Origin: Eledone cirrhosa | Lineage: Eukaryota | Assembly: GCA_964016885.1 (NCBI GenBank) | Contig: OZ024743.1 | Location: 256,680,001 to 256,744,000, forward strand | DNA: 64,000 bases | Direction of reading: 5' to 3' | Shown: positions 39,000 to 53,358 of the stretch, in pieces | How the letters are laid out: the number at the start of each line of letters is the position of its first letter | Position numbering within the stretch: position 1 is the first letter of the stretch | The notes under the pieces: model-generated | The model's database searches: none | The model's input: only the letters and a program-made list of their open reading frames with translations | What the model was told of the DNA's origin: nothing | Translations under genes and position numbers: made by a program

Positions 39000-39980
39000 T
39001 CATGTAACGCAGTTATAGCATTATGTTGTATTTTTCAAGAACGTTTTGTTCAGGTTTTATGTGGTACAGAACATTAAAAATTAATATCTAACCCATGAAA
39101 ACTAATGACAAAAAACAATTATCTATATTGCATCCTGCTTGTTTTAATTGTTAGATAAATCTGAGCTTCTGACAAAGTGTTTGACATGTATGAGTAAACT
39201 AATGGGAAATATTATATCTATTATACACTGATTTATTTAACTCGCTTGTATCTCCCCGATTCATCACACATTTTGTATCCAACTCCAACTTCATCCAGAC
39301 CTACTAAATAATTTAGATTTTGATGTTTGCAAACAATCGTTTATTATTTCATCATTAGATTTCATTCCATGTTTGTATATGTGTTTATCCAGTGTAGAAT
39401 AATAACCATTTATCACTGTATGTATCTGGTTTAGAATTAGTACACCATATCCCTGTACATATCTGCTTAAGGATGGGTACACCATATCCCTGCATGTTGT
39501 AAAGGGTGACTTAAATAGTTGGCACCAGAGGCATAACATTGTCTTTAAAAATTGCCCCATGATGAACATGAAGCCTATCATGGAGTAAACAATTCTAAAC
39601 CTTGCTTTAGAAAGGAAAATAGCATTGAAATGATTTTCTTATATTTCATTTCATCTTCCTCATGCTAACCAAGCCTATGAATTTTTTCCAACATATAAAT
39701 GCTATTGTGGTTAACATTTTTCATGACCTTTGAATTCTTATAGCTTCACCATACATCTTTCTTTCTTTTGCTTATGACACATTTTCCTATCCCTGCTAAC
39801 ATAGAGTAGTCTTTGATCTTTCTTCAGAATCAAACCATAGAATCTTTAGCTGTAAAATATTTCGATATCAAACACTCCTATATCTATCCACATTTTTAAC
39901 ATTTTTTTTTTATCAAGCTATGATAAAATGATGAAAGCAGAAACTTGAAAAACAGAATAAATGGTAATGTTGACATATAA
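39000..39980 (-). pseudogene. Frameshifted glycosyltransferase family 92 (DUF23/GALT-1-like) pseudogene
   Basis: Stitched across frameshifts: QFL..QCYASGANY/VTLYNM..ILK/RYVQGYGVLILNQ..HIYKHG..EIINDCLQTSKSK/YLVGLDEV. This follows the GT92 motif order LGA.HF.FYN, Y...G, GQ...NDCL, D.DE. Confidence 0.55.
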
Positions 39981-41855
39981 GTCTCTGTTAAGTGTTGAAC
40001 AGAACACGAAATTGCTTCAATATAAAAAGAAAAATGTTGAGGTTTGACACCACTTAAAACAATGTATAATATGTTATGGTGAGTCACTTAACACAGGAGT
40101 CAAGTGAGTTTAGACCTTTTAAGGTTACTGAAATAAGAACCATTAACATTTTAAAATCATTCAATGGAAATATACTGCTGTACCCTAAAACAATACAATA
40201 GATTATTTAAAAAATATATTAGCTTAAAGCAAGCTGCTTCAAGATAGGTTTTTTTTATCTAGGAAAAGTAAGCAAAAACGTTAGGATTATAAACCCCTAG
40301 AGAATGAACATTTGACACTGTTTCCTTCTCTAGTGGTTTATATGCCCAACTTGCTTGACTATATTTTCACATTCCAAAAAGAACTTACATTGACACAGTT
40401 TTCTTTAAGTTAACATATTGAAAATTAAAAATTTGCTCAATGCTTCTTCAATACGATTGATTATTTGTTTACAATAGACTATGTTATACAACTTGCTCCA
40501 ATATAAATACTGTATATGTATATTATCAGTCTCTAACATAGTGTGCTTCAACAAAGGCGTGATTATGAAGAAATATACAATATGTTTATGTATGATAAAC
40601 GTATATAAGTCTTGCTATGACGGTCTTAAGTTGTGATCATTTCAGTTATCACAATACACACACGCAGATATATATATATATATTGAAATTCATATAAAAA
40701 TAAATATGAATTATATACCCAACCTTAAGCTTAATACAAATCTTTTGCTGCATACATAGATCTAGGGTAAATATAATGGCCTAAATTCCTTCAAAGAAGT
40801 ACTTTAGTCTAGCTGCAGTCTAACAACTGAAACCAGTTACAGAGTAAATGAGTAAATATTAAAACTATATTAGAATATTTGACACTAGCTTTTCACTGTG
40901 AATATTTGAAGGTAAAATAAAGCAGAATCAATATTAAAATAGTAGTTCATTTTCTGCTAATTTTGTTATTAAATTCAGTTGTTTTTATTTTTAATTAAGA
41001 AAATAATTAAAAACCATCTTTTCACATTATCTGTAACATCATTTAATGTCATAAACTAATTTTGTTTAAAAAACACAAAAAATATTGTAAATCTTTTTAA
41101 ATTTGTGAATATAAAAGTTGATTGATTAAATCGATTGATTAATATTGGCTATTGAAATGCCAATATTTCAGATATCAGATCAAGTTAAAACTCATGCTGC
41201 TGTAACATTCAACTGTTTTTTGTTAGTTTAAATAATAATTAGAATACTAGAAGTCAAGGTTAACTTTGCCTTTCATCGTTTCCTGGTTTATAAATAAAGT
41301 ACCAGTCCAGGGGCAGTGAATTGATGCATTTGATGCACTGCTGAATCTCTGCACTCTGAATTCAAATCACATTTAAACATACTTTAGATTTATAATGGTT
41401 CTACCATAAACACAAGGCCAGAAATTTGGGGTTGGGGAAGAGATAGTATATGATTAGTACTTTGCTTTAGCAATTTCAGAAGGATAACAGGAAAAGTTAG
41501 CAGGATTTAAACTCAGAACATAAAGAGCACAAACAAATAACAGGTAAAGTTAACTATGGCATGATTTGAACACAGAATGTAAAGATTGAGATTCAGTACA
41601 AATAATGCAAGAGTAAACAGTAACAATTCTAGCAATTGGCTAACCTAATATAAGTTTTAGTGCAATATTACTGTCTCTTAACACATATCTTAACGTACTT
41701 TAAACTTTTTAATGTTGGAAGCATTAAATATACTTTCCTCTCAACTTAGCTGATATTTATCATGTCTGATGACATCTCACAACTAATTAAACAACATTAG
41801 TAGATTTTCTCAGCTTTCTTTACATTCTCAGTTAATTTTCCATTTTATTTTTCAG

Positions 41856-42164
41856 CAGTCAATGAAAGTAGCATTGTACAATAAAATCGATTCTATCATG
41901 AAAGAAATAAAAATAAATAAAAATGGTGTACATTTTGTGGCTTTTAATGTTATGGAGTGCAAGGCTAGCAAGCTTACCAACATTAATCAAAGTGGTTACA
42001 AAAAGGATGAACTGAGAGCACGCATATGGCAAGGCTTGCAACCATGTGAAATGGAGATCTCTCATTGCCCTATATTCCTTGGGGAGCAAAAGGAATTGGA
42101 GAAGAAGAAGAGTGACTCAAAATATACAACTAGCTTCTATCAATCCTTTGAGGAAGGGATTTAA
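41856..42164 (+). CDS. Candidate terminal exon, open for ~100 codons, with degenerate LRR-like spacing
   Basis: Acceptor ttttccattttatttttcag(cag) in frame with ORF 41862-42164: LYNKIDSIMKEI..HFVAFNVME..SKLTNINQ. Non-repetitive composition. Confidence 0.4.
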   Translation, partial: QSMKVALYNKIDSIMKEIKINKNGVHFVAFNVMECKASKLTNINQSGYKKDELRARIWQGLQPCEMEISHCPIFLGEQKELEKKKSDSKYTTSFYQSFEEGI

Positions 42165-42454
42165 ATCCCAAGATATAAGGACCTATAAACAACAATAAGC
42201 AATATCATCCTTATATTTTTAACATTTACTGTTTAATTCACTTTGTGGTAGACTTCAAACAAAATACTATTTTCTACACTTTACACAATGCTTCATGAAA
42301 ACTGCAGTACTCTCATATATATACATATATATGATTAACACTGTATGGGAATTATTCCATCATTACGCTCTGAGGAGTCTAATGAGCCTTTGATTCCAGA
42401 GTCGAGCCTGATCAATAAAGATTGAACCTTGATCTGATTAATCACAAAATGCGC

Positions 42455-42844
42455 ATCACATCTGAGACCCAAGAAGACCTGGGATAAGGTGATAAAAGCT
42501 GACCTTGCCCAATTGCACCTATCAAAGGCGATGACAAAGACCAAGACCTCTGGCATTATGCAGTAATACAGAAGACCCAACTTCCCACGGGTACAAGCCA
42601 AAGCTGAAGCATATAGACAGTATGCACTCACCCCCTCCCACTGTAAAGCGGTCGTGTAGGTGTCATGACAAAAAGCACCTAGTACACACTGTAAATGAGG
42701 TTAGTGTTAGAAAGGGCATCCAGTTGTAGAAACTAAGCCAAAATCAGTTCCCTATGAGCAAGACATGGTCACCCAACCTGGCATTGCTCACAACAGCACA
42801 ACCCACCTAACTCATGTTAGCGTGGAAGAATGGATGTAAAACGG

Positions 42845-42884
<40 letters not shown>

Positions 42885-42885
42885 A
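42455..42885 (+). mobile_element. RTE LINE 3' end
   Basis: PKKTWDKVIKADLAQLHLSKAM, similar to the C-terminus of the 35635 ORF; aagggcatccagttgtagaaac; (GAT)n tail. Confidence 0.8.
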
Positions 42886-43969
42886 TATATTGTTTTTCTT
42901 GCCTGTAACATTTTGTGGAGTCAGTCATGGGATGCTAGGATACTATATTAATATATGGCGCAACTAACTAGGGCATTTAAACCTGGTGTAGACCATCTCT
43001 CTCCAACTAACTTCTTCCAGAGAAAGCGAGTAAGAGAATAAGAATGAGAAAGAGAGTAAGAAAAATGAGAAAAAGAAAGAAAAAGAATCACTCTTAGTAC
43101 TGAACTTGTACTTTATCTATCAACCTCAAGATGGTTAAAGGCAAAGATGAGCATGGTAGGTTTTGAACTTAAAATGTAGAAAGCTAGAACAGAAACCACA
43201 TAAGGATACTATCTGATATATAGATGGGGAGTTAACAGATTACACTAATATGAACATTGTTCAGCTTAATACTCAATACTTAAGACAGTAAAATGTAGGT
43301 ATGGTAATGAGTTTTTGCCCAATGGCTGAGCTCTTGCCATTTTGAAATGGCAATGGCAAGAGCTCAGCCATTGAAAGGAAACTCATTATAATATATATAT
43401 ATTTGTGCGTGTGTATATACACAAATAGAGATAATGAGTGTGGGTGTGTGGGGGAACATGAGCAAAATCACACAATGATATAAACAAATACATAAAGGTT
43501 ATGTAAGCAAAATAGTTTACAATCAAATAATAGCTTAAACATAGAAGGGAGTTACTTAGAAATAAATATAAACTGAATCATTGCTCCCACCTTTTCCTCC
43601 TATACAGAAACACTTTAGATCCTTGCTGTGGAAGGAAGATGAAATGGGTGGGGGGATTACTTTATAGAATAAATAGATCTATGAATATTTTAAGGTCTAT
43701 TTGTAAACAATAAAGAGCAATTTCTCCCCTGTCAGCTTCAGAAATTATGTTTGTGTGTATGTGTGTGTTGCGGATTTATTTCCCCCATTTCCCAACTTGC
43801 TTTTGTAATATCAACTCCTTGCTTGGCCATAATCCATAGAAAATTGAAGTTGTAGGAGAATGATTGTGATGAGCTCAGCAATAAATTGTAGCTTACATAC
43901 ACACATGCAAATATATATACACAGATAGACACACACACACACACATATTTATACATACATATGCATATA

Positions 43970-44072
<103 letters not shown>

Positions 44073-44829
44073 TTAAGCACATACTGTAAAGGAAAATCTC
44101 AATTGGTGTGGATGTATTTTGTATCCATGTTGAAAAGAGGAAACTATAGGAATAGTCCAACGATGCAAGCATTGAGTATATTGTCAAAGCTAGCTTTTAC
44201 ATCATCATCATCATCACCACTGCCAACAAGCGCAACCATCACTGCTCTCATCATGGCCATCACTATGACCACCACCACACCCCTACCACCCCTACCACCA
44301 TCACCACAACCAGCATCATCATCACTACCACCATCATAACCATCATCACAACCACCACCATCATCACAACTGCCACCACCACCACCATCATCACCATTAC
44401 CCTTTATGTAACAAAAGATTCAGTAAAAATTATTTTGGCAATGTCTTACAAAATTGTATCTTCATGAATATATGATTTATAATATGGTTAGTAGTTTAGT
44501 TTTAGCCATATTATCTTCTCCAGATTTCTAGTCAAGATGTCTCTACAGCAATAGACATCTTGACTAGAAATCTACATATAGACCAGTGTAATAGGCTATG
44601 GCAAAACGGAGTTTACTAACAGACATCAACTGCTACCCTGTGTGTTCCAATAAAATGACTAAAATGATTGGCCACAGGAAGAGAATTAGGTCATAAAACA
44701 TTACCTAAGAAAGAAGCACATGATGAATATGAAACCTGTTATAGTCCCTGCAAAGTTGAACATTGCTTTAGTAGGGAAAATGATCAGAAAATGATTGTAT
44801 ATAAACAAATATGGCTGATGAATAGGCAG

Positions 44830-45060
44830 AGCCATTAGAACAGGTGGATAGAATGCTTTGCAGTATTTGTTTTGGATCACTACACTCCAAGTTCAAATCT
44901 CACCAACGTCAGCTTTGACTTTCCTCCTTTTGAGGTTGATAATGTATGAGTCCAGTACTGAGATTGATTCTTCCTCTATGTCTTTCTTAATTCCTCTATC
45001 ATTTTCTGTCATTTTCTGGAAATCAGCTGTGTTCAGACTTGGAGTAAAGGTGGACTTTTC
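44830..45060 (+). mobile_element. SINE variant with CTGTGTTCAG tail
   Basis: aagttcaaatctcacc..ctttgactttcctccttttgaggttgataa core. Confidence 0.65.
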
Positions 45061-46619
45061 TGCAAATTCAATGCCCAAGAAATTACATATGTCACTATAG
45101 TGCCCCTATGAATCCACCATGAGTTATGACCCCATCACGAATTATATGTTGATCATGTACACATGAACAAATATACAAATGTTTCAAGGTCCTATGACAG
45201 GCTTCATACTCATTATTTTGTCATATCATCTGCATCTTCCACTTATCAACCCATTGGTTTTAATTCCACATTCCTTAGTTATGTCATGTTGCCCCCCCCC
45301 CCCCCCCCCTCATCTACTTTCTTCCACATTTATTTCAAACAGTTTAGAATAGGTACACAATATTTCTGCATGTCATAGTAGGTAACTCTAGATATATTGG
45401 CACCAGGAAGGGCATCCATCCATAAAACATTGCATCAAAGTAAAATAAAAAGAGCCCATGATGTGTATATAAAAAAATATATATACATTCTATTTTACAG
45501 ATCAACAACATGTCAATTATTTGCACTCATTTTAATCTGCTTTTATTACAAATAAATTATAGTTTGATGATATTATTACTCAACTTATTCCATTTTATAA
45601 TTTATTTTTGTTAAATATTGCTTCGGTAAACATTTTCTAACTGCTCTTTGTTAACAAATGGGATATGTAACCATTATTTCAAAACATCCCTTCACAATAG
45701 AGCAATGTTATCATTCCCGAATTTCCCTTCACCACCCAGAAAATATAAATTCTTTGTAATGCTCTCAAAATTCATGTCATATTTTCAAATGCTGTGCACA
45801 ATTTAATATTGGTGCATGGATCACTATATGGATGTATATGAATGCACTTGGCTGTGTTTATATATATATACATGTGTATGTGTGTGAACATGTACACACA
45901 CACACACACATATGTATATACATACATATATATATATGTTTGTGTGTGTGTGTGTGTCTGTGTATGCATGTTGCTTTTGTAGTTTCTTCAATAACTTTAG
46001 CCCAAGTTAATTAACTTTGACAAGCAACTAATATTTGAGAGTTATCAGATAAAGTCCCCGAAAAATTTTTTCCTTTTTTTAATGTGTTAAAACAAAGTAA
46101 ACCCTGAAAGAAATAGCTTAAACTTTGACCGAAAAACACCAAGATAAAGGTATTAAATTCTAATGTTGAGGGAGGAAAAAAGAACAAAACACATGAACCA
46201 TTCTAATATTAAAACATAAAATACCACACACACAAACACAAACTACTATATAAAAAACAAAACAAAAAAATAAGGCTAAAAAGTATTGGATTCTGATGAA
46301 AAGAAAAAAAAAATGTTTGGCTCATCTTATATTTTTCAAAGGCAGAATATTTTTAATGAAACTGTGCAATTAATTCGATATTAATTAACTCTGATCATGC
46401 AACGAGAGACACTTGAAGCAGCGATTTCACTCATCAAATAATGTTTTTGGAGTCATTTAAACAAGGAGAGACAATTTAGGTTCTAGGTTTTTCGTAAAAG
46501 CACACTTTTCACAACCAAACGGGAGAAGTGTGAGGCGGGGGGTATAAAGGAATATAAAGTAGTTGCTGTAACTTTTCTTTTTATGTACTACAAACTCTTA
46601 ATCAACATTCATCCAATTT

Positions 46620-46728
46620 TAATGCCGCAGTAGTAGTAGAAGGAGAGGCAGCAGCAGTAGTTGTGATAGTAGTTATAGTAATAGTAATGTTGGTAGTAGT
46701 AGAAGTAGTAGTAATAGTGGTGGTGGTA

Positions 46729-46783
<55 letters not shown>

Positions 46784-46915
46784 CAGCAGTAGTAAAGTAG
46801 GTGGTGGCGACTGAAGAGGAGGTATAAGGTTAGTTGTTTTAATTATTCCGACTAATTACGTTCCACTACTTATCTCTTCAGTTTCAGTAGATCAGAGAGA
46901 AATGATTTTTATCTG

Positions 46916-46946
<31 letters not shown>

Positions 46947-46977
46947 CATATATATAAATATACATGTATGTATATAC

Positions 46978-47016
<39 letters not shown>

Positions 47017-47200
47017 AGTATATATATATGCATATATGTATATACATATATATATATATACACACACACACACAAATATATATATATACATATACATGTA
47101 TGTATATATGTATATATATGTATATACATATATGTATATATATATATACTTACATGTATATATATACATACATATATATATATATATGTATGTATATACA

Positions 47201-47231
<31 letters not shown>

Positions 47232-47288
47232 TTACATGTATATATATATATATATGTATGTATATGTATATATATATATACATACATG

Positions 47289-47352
<64 letters not shown>

Positions 47353-47467
47353 TGTATATATATATATATATATAGTTACATGTATATATATATATATACA
47401 TGTATGTATATGTATATATATATATACATACATGTATGTATATATATATATATATATATATATTTAT

Positions 47468-47525
<58 letters not shown>

Positions 47526-47535
47526 ATATATATAC
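46620..47535. repeat. (TAG)n tract (46620-46800) and long compound (TA)/(TACA) microsatellite (46915-47535)
   Basis: Directly visible. Confidence 0.95.
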
Positions 47536-47714
47536 TGTAGGTTTATAATTTACTTCATCTTTCTTGTTTTTATCTCTCAAACACATGTTATTTAGATGTT
47601 ATATCTACTTCCAATTATGTAGAAAGCAATCCCCCCCCCCATCCGATTAATGTTAGGAAACAAAACAAGCAGATGTGGGTTAGGTTTTTGTATCATTGTG
47701 GTAGATTTTAAGGT

Positions 47715-48020
47715 TCATCATCATCATCATTGTCATCATTCAACTGTGGTAGCTCACCATCATTTATTAAAGCTCTCGTAATCAGTTCTGATCCCATGGT
47801 TAGGCCTGTCTCATCATCATCATTTAACTACAGTAGCTTACTTCCACCATCCATTACAGGTTTCATAATAAGTTGTGACCCCATGGTTGAGTGGTTCACC
47901 ATGTATCATCATCATCATCATTACCATTGTTCAACTGCAGTAGCAGATATCCATGGCCACAATCCTCATTCACCCATTGCTGTTTTCATAATCATTTGTG
48001 TTTCTCACCATGGTGACATT
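47715..48020. repeat. Diverged ~95 bp tandem repeat, 3 units
   Basis: (CAT)n-ttcaact..gtagc..cataatcag..cccatggtt recurs three times. Confidence 0.65.
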
Positions 48021-50489
48021 TGAATGCAGAGGAGAAATATGAGCTCAAAACAAAATGCTGGAACAGAAAGCACAAAGGATTTCATACAACGCTCTTACAA
48101 TTTTCACCAATATTAATTCACCCTCATAAACTAGCACTTTATTTTATCAACCGTGGACAGGTAAATGGCAAAGTTGGCCTTAGTTGAATTTGAACTCAGA
48201 GCGCAATCCTCATCCACCCATTGCAGCTTCCATAATCAATACCTTGCACAATGCATGCATCACCTGCTAAGACTTCTGCATAATCTTCTCTTGGTCTGAT
48301 GTCCATTCAATGGGGTATTCAGAATAGTCTGTAACATGCCAGTGTAATCAATCCTTGCCTCTGAGTGTTTCATGAGTGCTTCGATAGTGGAAACTGTAAA
48401 ATAGCCTTGATTCCACAGTGGCACAAAAGAGACCTCTCTTAAGATCATATGATAGTGATGACTTTCAGAGGACACTGAAGTTATCAAGAGGAAGCCATGC
48501 TTTTGCAAGACGTTAAGATCAGGAAAGACACTGTTATAGTAGCAATGAAATATACAGAGTTTGGTGATATTCCATCTTTGTGTCAGGGGCTGTTTGGCTA
48601 ATGTGTCGCCAATAAATCAGATGGTTTTTTAAAAATGTGTTCAAGAATGTCTGTGTGTTGTAGCTACACCATTCAAGATGCTGAAGATTTATTCAACTAC
48701 TATCTTATTTGAGTGTTTTAGAATGTCAAAAACAATTTCCCAAAGTGCAGCTTACTGGTTTGACACACCTTAACCATGTAGTTGCAAAATAAACACTTTC
48801 ACCACGTAGCCATATCTGTTTCCATGCAAAGCTGTCAATGATTGAAATGTTGCTGAAGACTTTTGATACAAAACTGCCTGAAATCACTTGTTCTATAATA
48901 CAAAGCTCTTGTTATTTTAAGTGTATGTATATTTATCTAATAAATTTCCATCATAATTTTATTAAAGAACCATTAAGTTATGCGTTAAACACTACTTTAT
49001 CTATTTTAAGATCAAATCACATGAAAGTACAACTGGTTCTATGATACAAGACTGTTATTTTATAGTGTTTATATCTTTCTATAAACCTTATATCATAATG
49101 TTATGCAAGAACATGCTTTATTACTAAATTCCTCCGGACACTTGATTATGTTCAAAATGATTCGAAAATTATAGGCAATCTTTCATTAGAAATTTAGTAG
49201 GGTTAAATTTATATTTATCTAAAAACGTCCCATTATAATTATATGTAAGAACCTTTACTAATTTATGTCTCAGACACCAGCTTAATGAGAAATTTAGTTT
49301 TATAACTAAATCCCCCTAAATTTTTTATTCATTTTGAAATTATTTGAAAATCATAGGCAGTGTATTTCATTAGAAATATAATAAAGGGATTGGTACTAAT
49401 TGATAATTTAAACTATACTAGTTCATTAAAATATTATGCAGTATCTCAAATAATATTGTACATCTTTTGTAGAAATGAAATTGTGAAAGAAGTTTTAAAA
49501 TATGTTTGAATAATTTTGCCTAGACCTTGTAGGAGTTGAGTTTTATTAATAAACTCTTCCAAATCTCCCCCTTATGAAACAAAGTAGCAATTAATGGCAT
49601 ATTCTTCTCTCATCATCATAATAAAAATATTGAATTAGAATCGATGTGACATTTTTATTTTGCAATTAATTCCAAAAGGTGTGTGTTTCTTTATCTTTGA
49701 AAACAATGCTAAGAGTTCTAGAGAATAACCTTCTTGACAATACCAGAGAATTATATATAATTTAATATTTCATGGGCTTAGTAATGCAAAATTGTTATTA
49801 ACAAAACAGTCTCTAATTTGAATAGATCTAATATACAGTGACTGAAATTCAATTCATTGTAAAGCAATGCTAATGAATGAAATTCTCATCTTATTCTTTA
49901 AGGATTCCAACTATTATCTGCAGATCAGCCTTGCTCTCTCTATTCTCTTTCTCTCTCTATCTGTCTCTCCTACTCTCTCTTTTGTTCTGTTTTGTTTCAT
50001 TAATGTTTTTTATTGTTTTGTTGTTGTTATTATTGTTATTGTTTGTACATTTAATTATATTTGTTTCTGATTTAAACTGATGCCAAAAATATTAATTTTG
50101 AATTACTCCATAATTAATAATATTCGGCTAAATTTAATGATAAAACTGAAGTTTTAAATGATGTAACAAGCTGCATTTCAGCACTGCTACTGCTATCATA
50201 GTTGATTCATTTTCTAATGAATAAGATATTACCCTTAAATAATATATTAATTCTTTGTTGATCCCATGTAGCATCATTAGTGGCAATATGCCTAACTTTC
50301 TTACTAAAAATAATATTGAGACAAATAATGAAAGTCTTCTAAGTGGTGCAGCAACCTGCTAGAAATTGCAGCTAAATTTACCATAAATCACACAGTGTCT
50401 TAGCCGTTTTGATACCAATCTCGCTGGAACCACTCCTGACTCTCAAATAGAAAACTTAATTTTTAAATATTAATCTTCTTCATATTATT

Positions 50490-50800
50490 CTTCTCCTACT
50501 TATTCCTGAGAGGCAGATTGGGGGCAGAGTCCTCAAACATGCCTGCTTGAGTGACCTGTCTGAAGCAACCAACTGAGCTTATGGATGTTATCTAACCATC
50601 TTGTTTGTGTTCTACATCTGACTCTCCTGCTGGTTGGCTTTTCTCATGATATCTGTCCAGTGATTCTTCCTTTAAACATTCTAACCACATGCCCATAATA
50701 CCAGAGCTGTGATATCTTGGTGTGGAGAAGTAGTAGCTCTATCTGTAGCAACTCTCTGATCTTTGAACTACACACTATCAAGTGAATGAATGCTGGATTC
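50490..50800 (-). mobile_element. RTE (Expander/Rex3-like) 3' fragment
   Basis: ELLLLHTKISQLWYYGHVVRM..TRWLDNI. Confidence 0.7.
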
Positions 50801-50814
50801 TTCATTTGCAAAGA

Positions 50815-52005
50815 TCAGAGGGAAGAATTATTGTCCTGCTCCATGCAGTGGCACACCCTGACGTGGCTGTAGAGGTTAATCCTGGACCTGCAGGCTCTGA
50901 TACAGTTGGGGCAAGTGTATATTTGGTCAGTAATTGATTGGGTCGCTGACAGCATTCTTCTTTCATGTTTGTCTACAGTCGCTGCTTTCCTGCCCTCTAC
51001 AAAGCTGGGGGCAGCTGTTTTGATGGTTGTTCTTCATTTCTCTCTGTCCTCTGCCAGGTTTTCCATTCCCTGTGATCAATATTGCCTTAGATCAGCTGGT
51101 GATTGAGTTGGTCCTTGAAGCGTTTTCAGGGGGCTCCTTGGTTTTGATTGCCTTGACATTGTTCACCATAGAAAACTGCCTTTGGCCTCCTAGAGTCATT
51201 AATGCACAAGACATGACCTACCCAGCAAAGCTGTCTCAGCATCAATATGCTCTCAATGCTTCTGATATCGGCCCTCTTGAGAACGTCCTTGTTTGTTACA
51301 TAGTCCTACCAGATGCCGATGATGGTGCAAAAGCATCGCTGATTGAATATTTCCAGTAGCTTGATCTGCTTTCAGCATAGGACCCAGCTTTCAGCTCTGT
51401 AGAGGAGGGTAGTGACTACAACAGATTTATAGACTCTGATCTTTGTGGTGAGGTGTAGAGAGTGGTTCTGCCACATGCATTTCTGCAAGCATCCAAATGA
51501 GCTTCTGGCCTGTCAATGTGGTTGTCTATGTTCTTTGCTGAGGTAACATCATTGGTAATGATGCTTCCCAAGTATGCGAAGTGCTCCACTGCACTTCCCA
51601 TACTTGGGATGTTAATCTGCAGATGGTGGTACACTTCTGGCACATGACTTCCGGTTTTTAAGGCTGATGGTCAGGCCAAAGGCTTTGGCTGCCCGAGCAA
51701 AGCAGCTGACAGCTAACTGGAGATCTTCCTCTGTGTGCACCAGAAGGGCACAGTCGCATACGAACAGCAGATCCAGGATCAACTCCTCCAGTGTTTTGGT
51801 GCAGGGAAGCAGTCATTACAAGTTGAACACACACACATCAGTATGGAACCGGATGTAAATGCCCTCCCATAGATCTTTCTTTGCTTTGCAGAGCATCATG
51901 GTGAAGAAGATTGCAAATAAGGTTGGGGAAAGGAGACTATCAAGTAATGTTACTCCAAAGATCCTTCAGAGCAACCCCATTTAGGCGACTTGTATTCGCC
52001 ATCAC
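50815..52005 (-). mobile_element. RTE-BovB-like LINE fragment with C-terminal C2H2 finger
   Basis: LSPTLFAIFF, LLFV(C)DCAL..HTEEDLQ..AKAFGLTISLK, HFAYLGS and YTCPNCIRACRSRINLYSH. Confidence 0.88.
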
Positions 52006-52263
52006 CTAAGATTTTTTACTATAAGTAAGTGTAAGCATGAACACCAAATTGAAGAGAGAGTTTCGCTTTTATAGTTATCTCCCTTCTTTTACTAAGTCCT
52101 GAAGCTGGTGCAAAATACATAATGAAAAAAACAGAGACAGTGAAGCCCTTAAAGTCCCAAGATGCTACCTAAAATGTTGATTATGTCACATTTATGTAGA
52201 TGGTATACATGTGATCACTAACTGCTTGAAATATCATGAATGTCCCAGAGCAACACATTTCAT

Positions 52264-52695
52264 TTAGAGTTGTTCCAGTTCTTTGAGCTGGAAAAAATGA
52301 GGTTCAACATCACTGGTGCCAAGTTGTATCAGACTTTTCCCTTCCCTTGAACATCGGTGGAGTGGGAGGGAGAGACTGGTATATATAGTTGACTGCTGGT
52401 CTTTCAGAAAAACACCTTTCCTGGTTTTTTGCCTTTGAGAGAAACTTTCTGGGTGCAAAATCATGGTCAGCCATGTCATGGAGGCCTTATGAATATGGCA
52501 ACATGAAGTATATTAATAAAATATTTCATAAGAGACCTGGTATAATTGTTTGGGAGAAAACAAGAATGTTGTACTGTTATAAATATCAGTGAAATTGCTT
52601 GGAAACCTTCAGCTTCTCAACAAGGATTTAAGTTCACCTTTTTATTAATAATCAATGGTACATTTGGCAATGTTAGTAAATGATTATGTGACAAT
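52264..52695 (-). pseudogene. Candidate decayed LRR-gene exon
   Basis: Branch point and acceptor ccctaactgttccag, then xLSHNHLLTLPNVP..NLNP (LxxNxLxxLP). Later SPKQLYQVS and TSCCHIH. Contains stops and frameshifts. Confidence 0.4.
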
Positions 52696-52879
52696 CTGGA
52701 ACAGTTAGGGTTTCAAACAAAGAAATTGATTATAAATACAATCAGTAAGTAGAACAATAAAAAATGTGCAAGACTTTTTTAATGTTTACAGGAAAGATTT
52801 CAAATAATTTTTTAAAAGAGTGGAAAAAGAAACATGCATCTTATTGTTATCATATTCATCATCATCATTCAATATCCAG

Positions 52880-53358
52880 TTTTACATTTTGGTGTGGGTA
52901 TATATCATCACCATCATCTCCATTTTATGTCCACTTTTCCATGCTTACATGAGTTAGACAGGTTTTTATCAACACAGAATCCCTCTACTTACCATGTTCT
53001 TCATCTCCTCTGTGAACGTCAGCAATATGAAGTCAAATCCCACCATCTCTCATCAGTCTTCCTTGGTCATTCTCTACTGCATTCTTCCACTGCTTTCACT
53101 AAGATTTCTTGGTACGTTTTCATCCAGCAATCATCATCCATACACATCATATGTTCATACCAGCACAGTTTTTCTCTTACACACTACATCTTACTTCTCT
53201 TATACCCAGATATTGTTTCAGTTCATCCACGCTTCATCATTCATACACATTAATGTTGCATATCCATTGAAGCATACTCAATTCATTTCTCTCCAGCTTT
53301 TGCATATCCTCTGTATTTACTGCTCATGTTTCACTACTATGCAGCATTGCACATGTAT

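Noticed and set aside
44893-45078. Protein-like ORF MGIEFAEKST..
   Set aside because: Antisense reading of a SINE.
46884-47595. Long YIYI-type ORFs (also near 24, 34.3, 44, 54 and 63 kb)
   Set aside because: Microsatellite artefacts.
48260-48900. Possible old RTEX fragment on the minus strand
   Set aside because: Similarity too weak to call.
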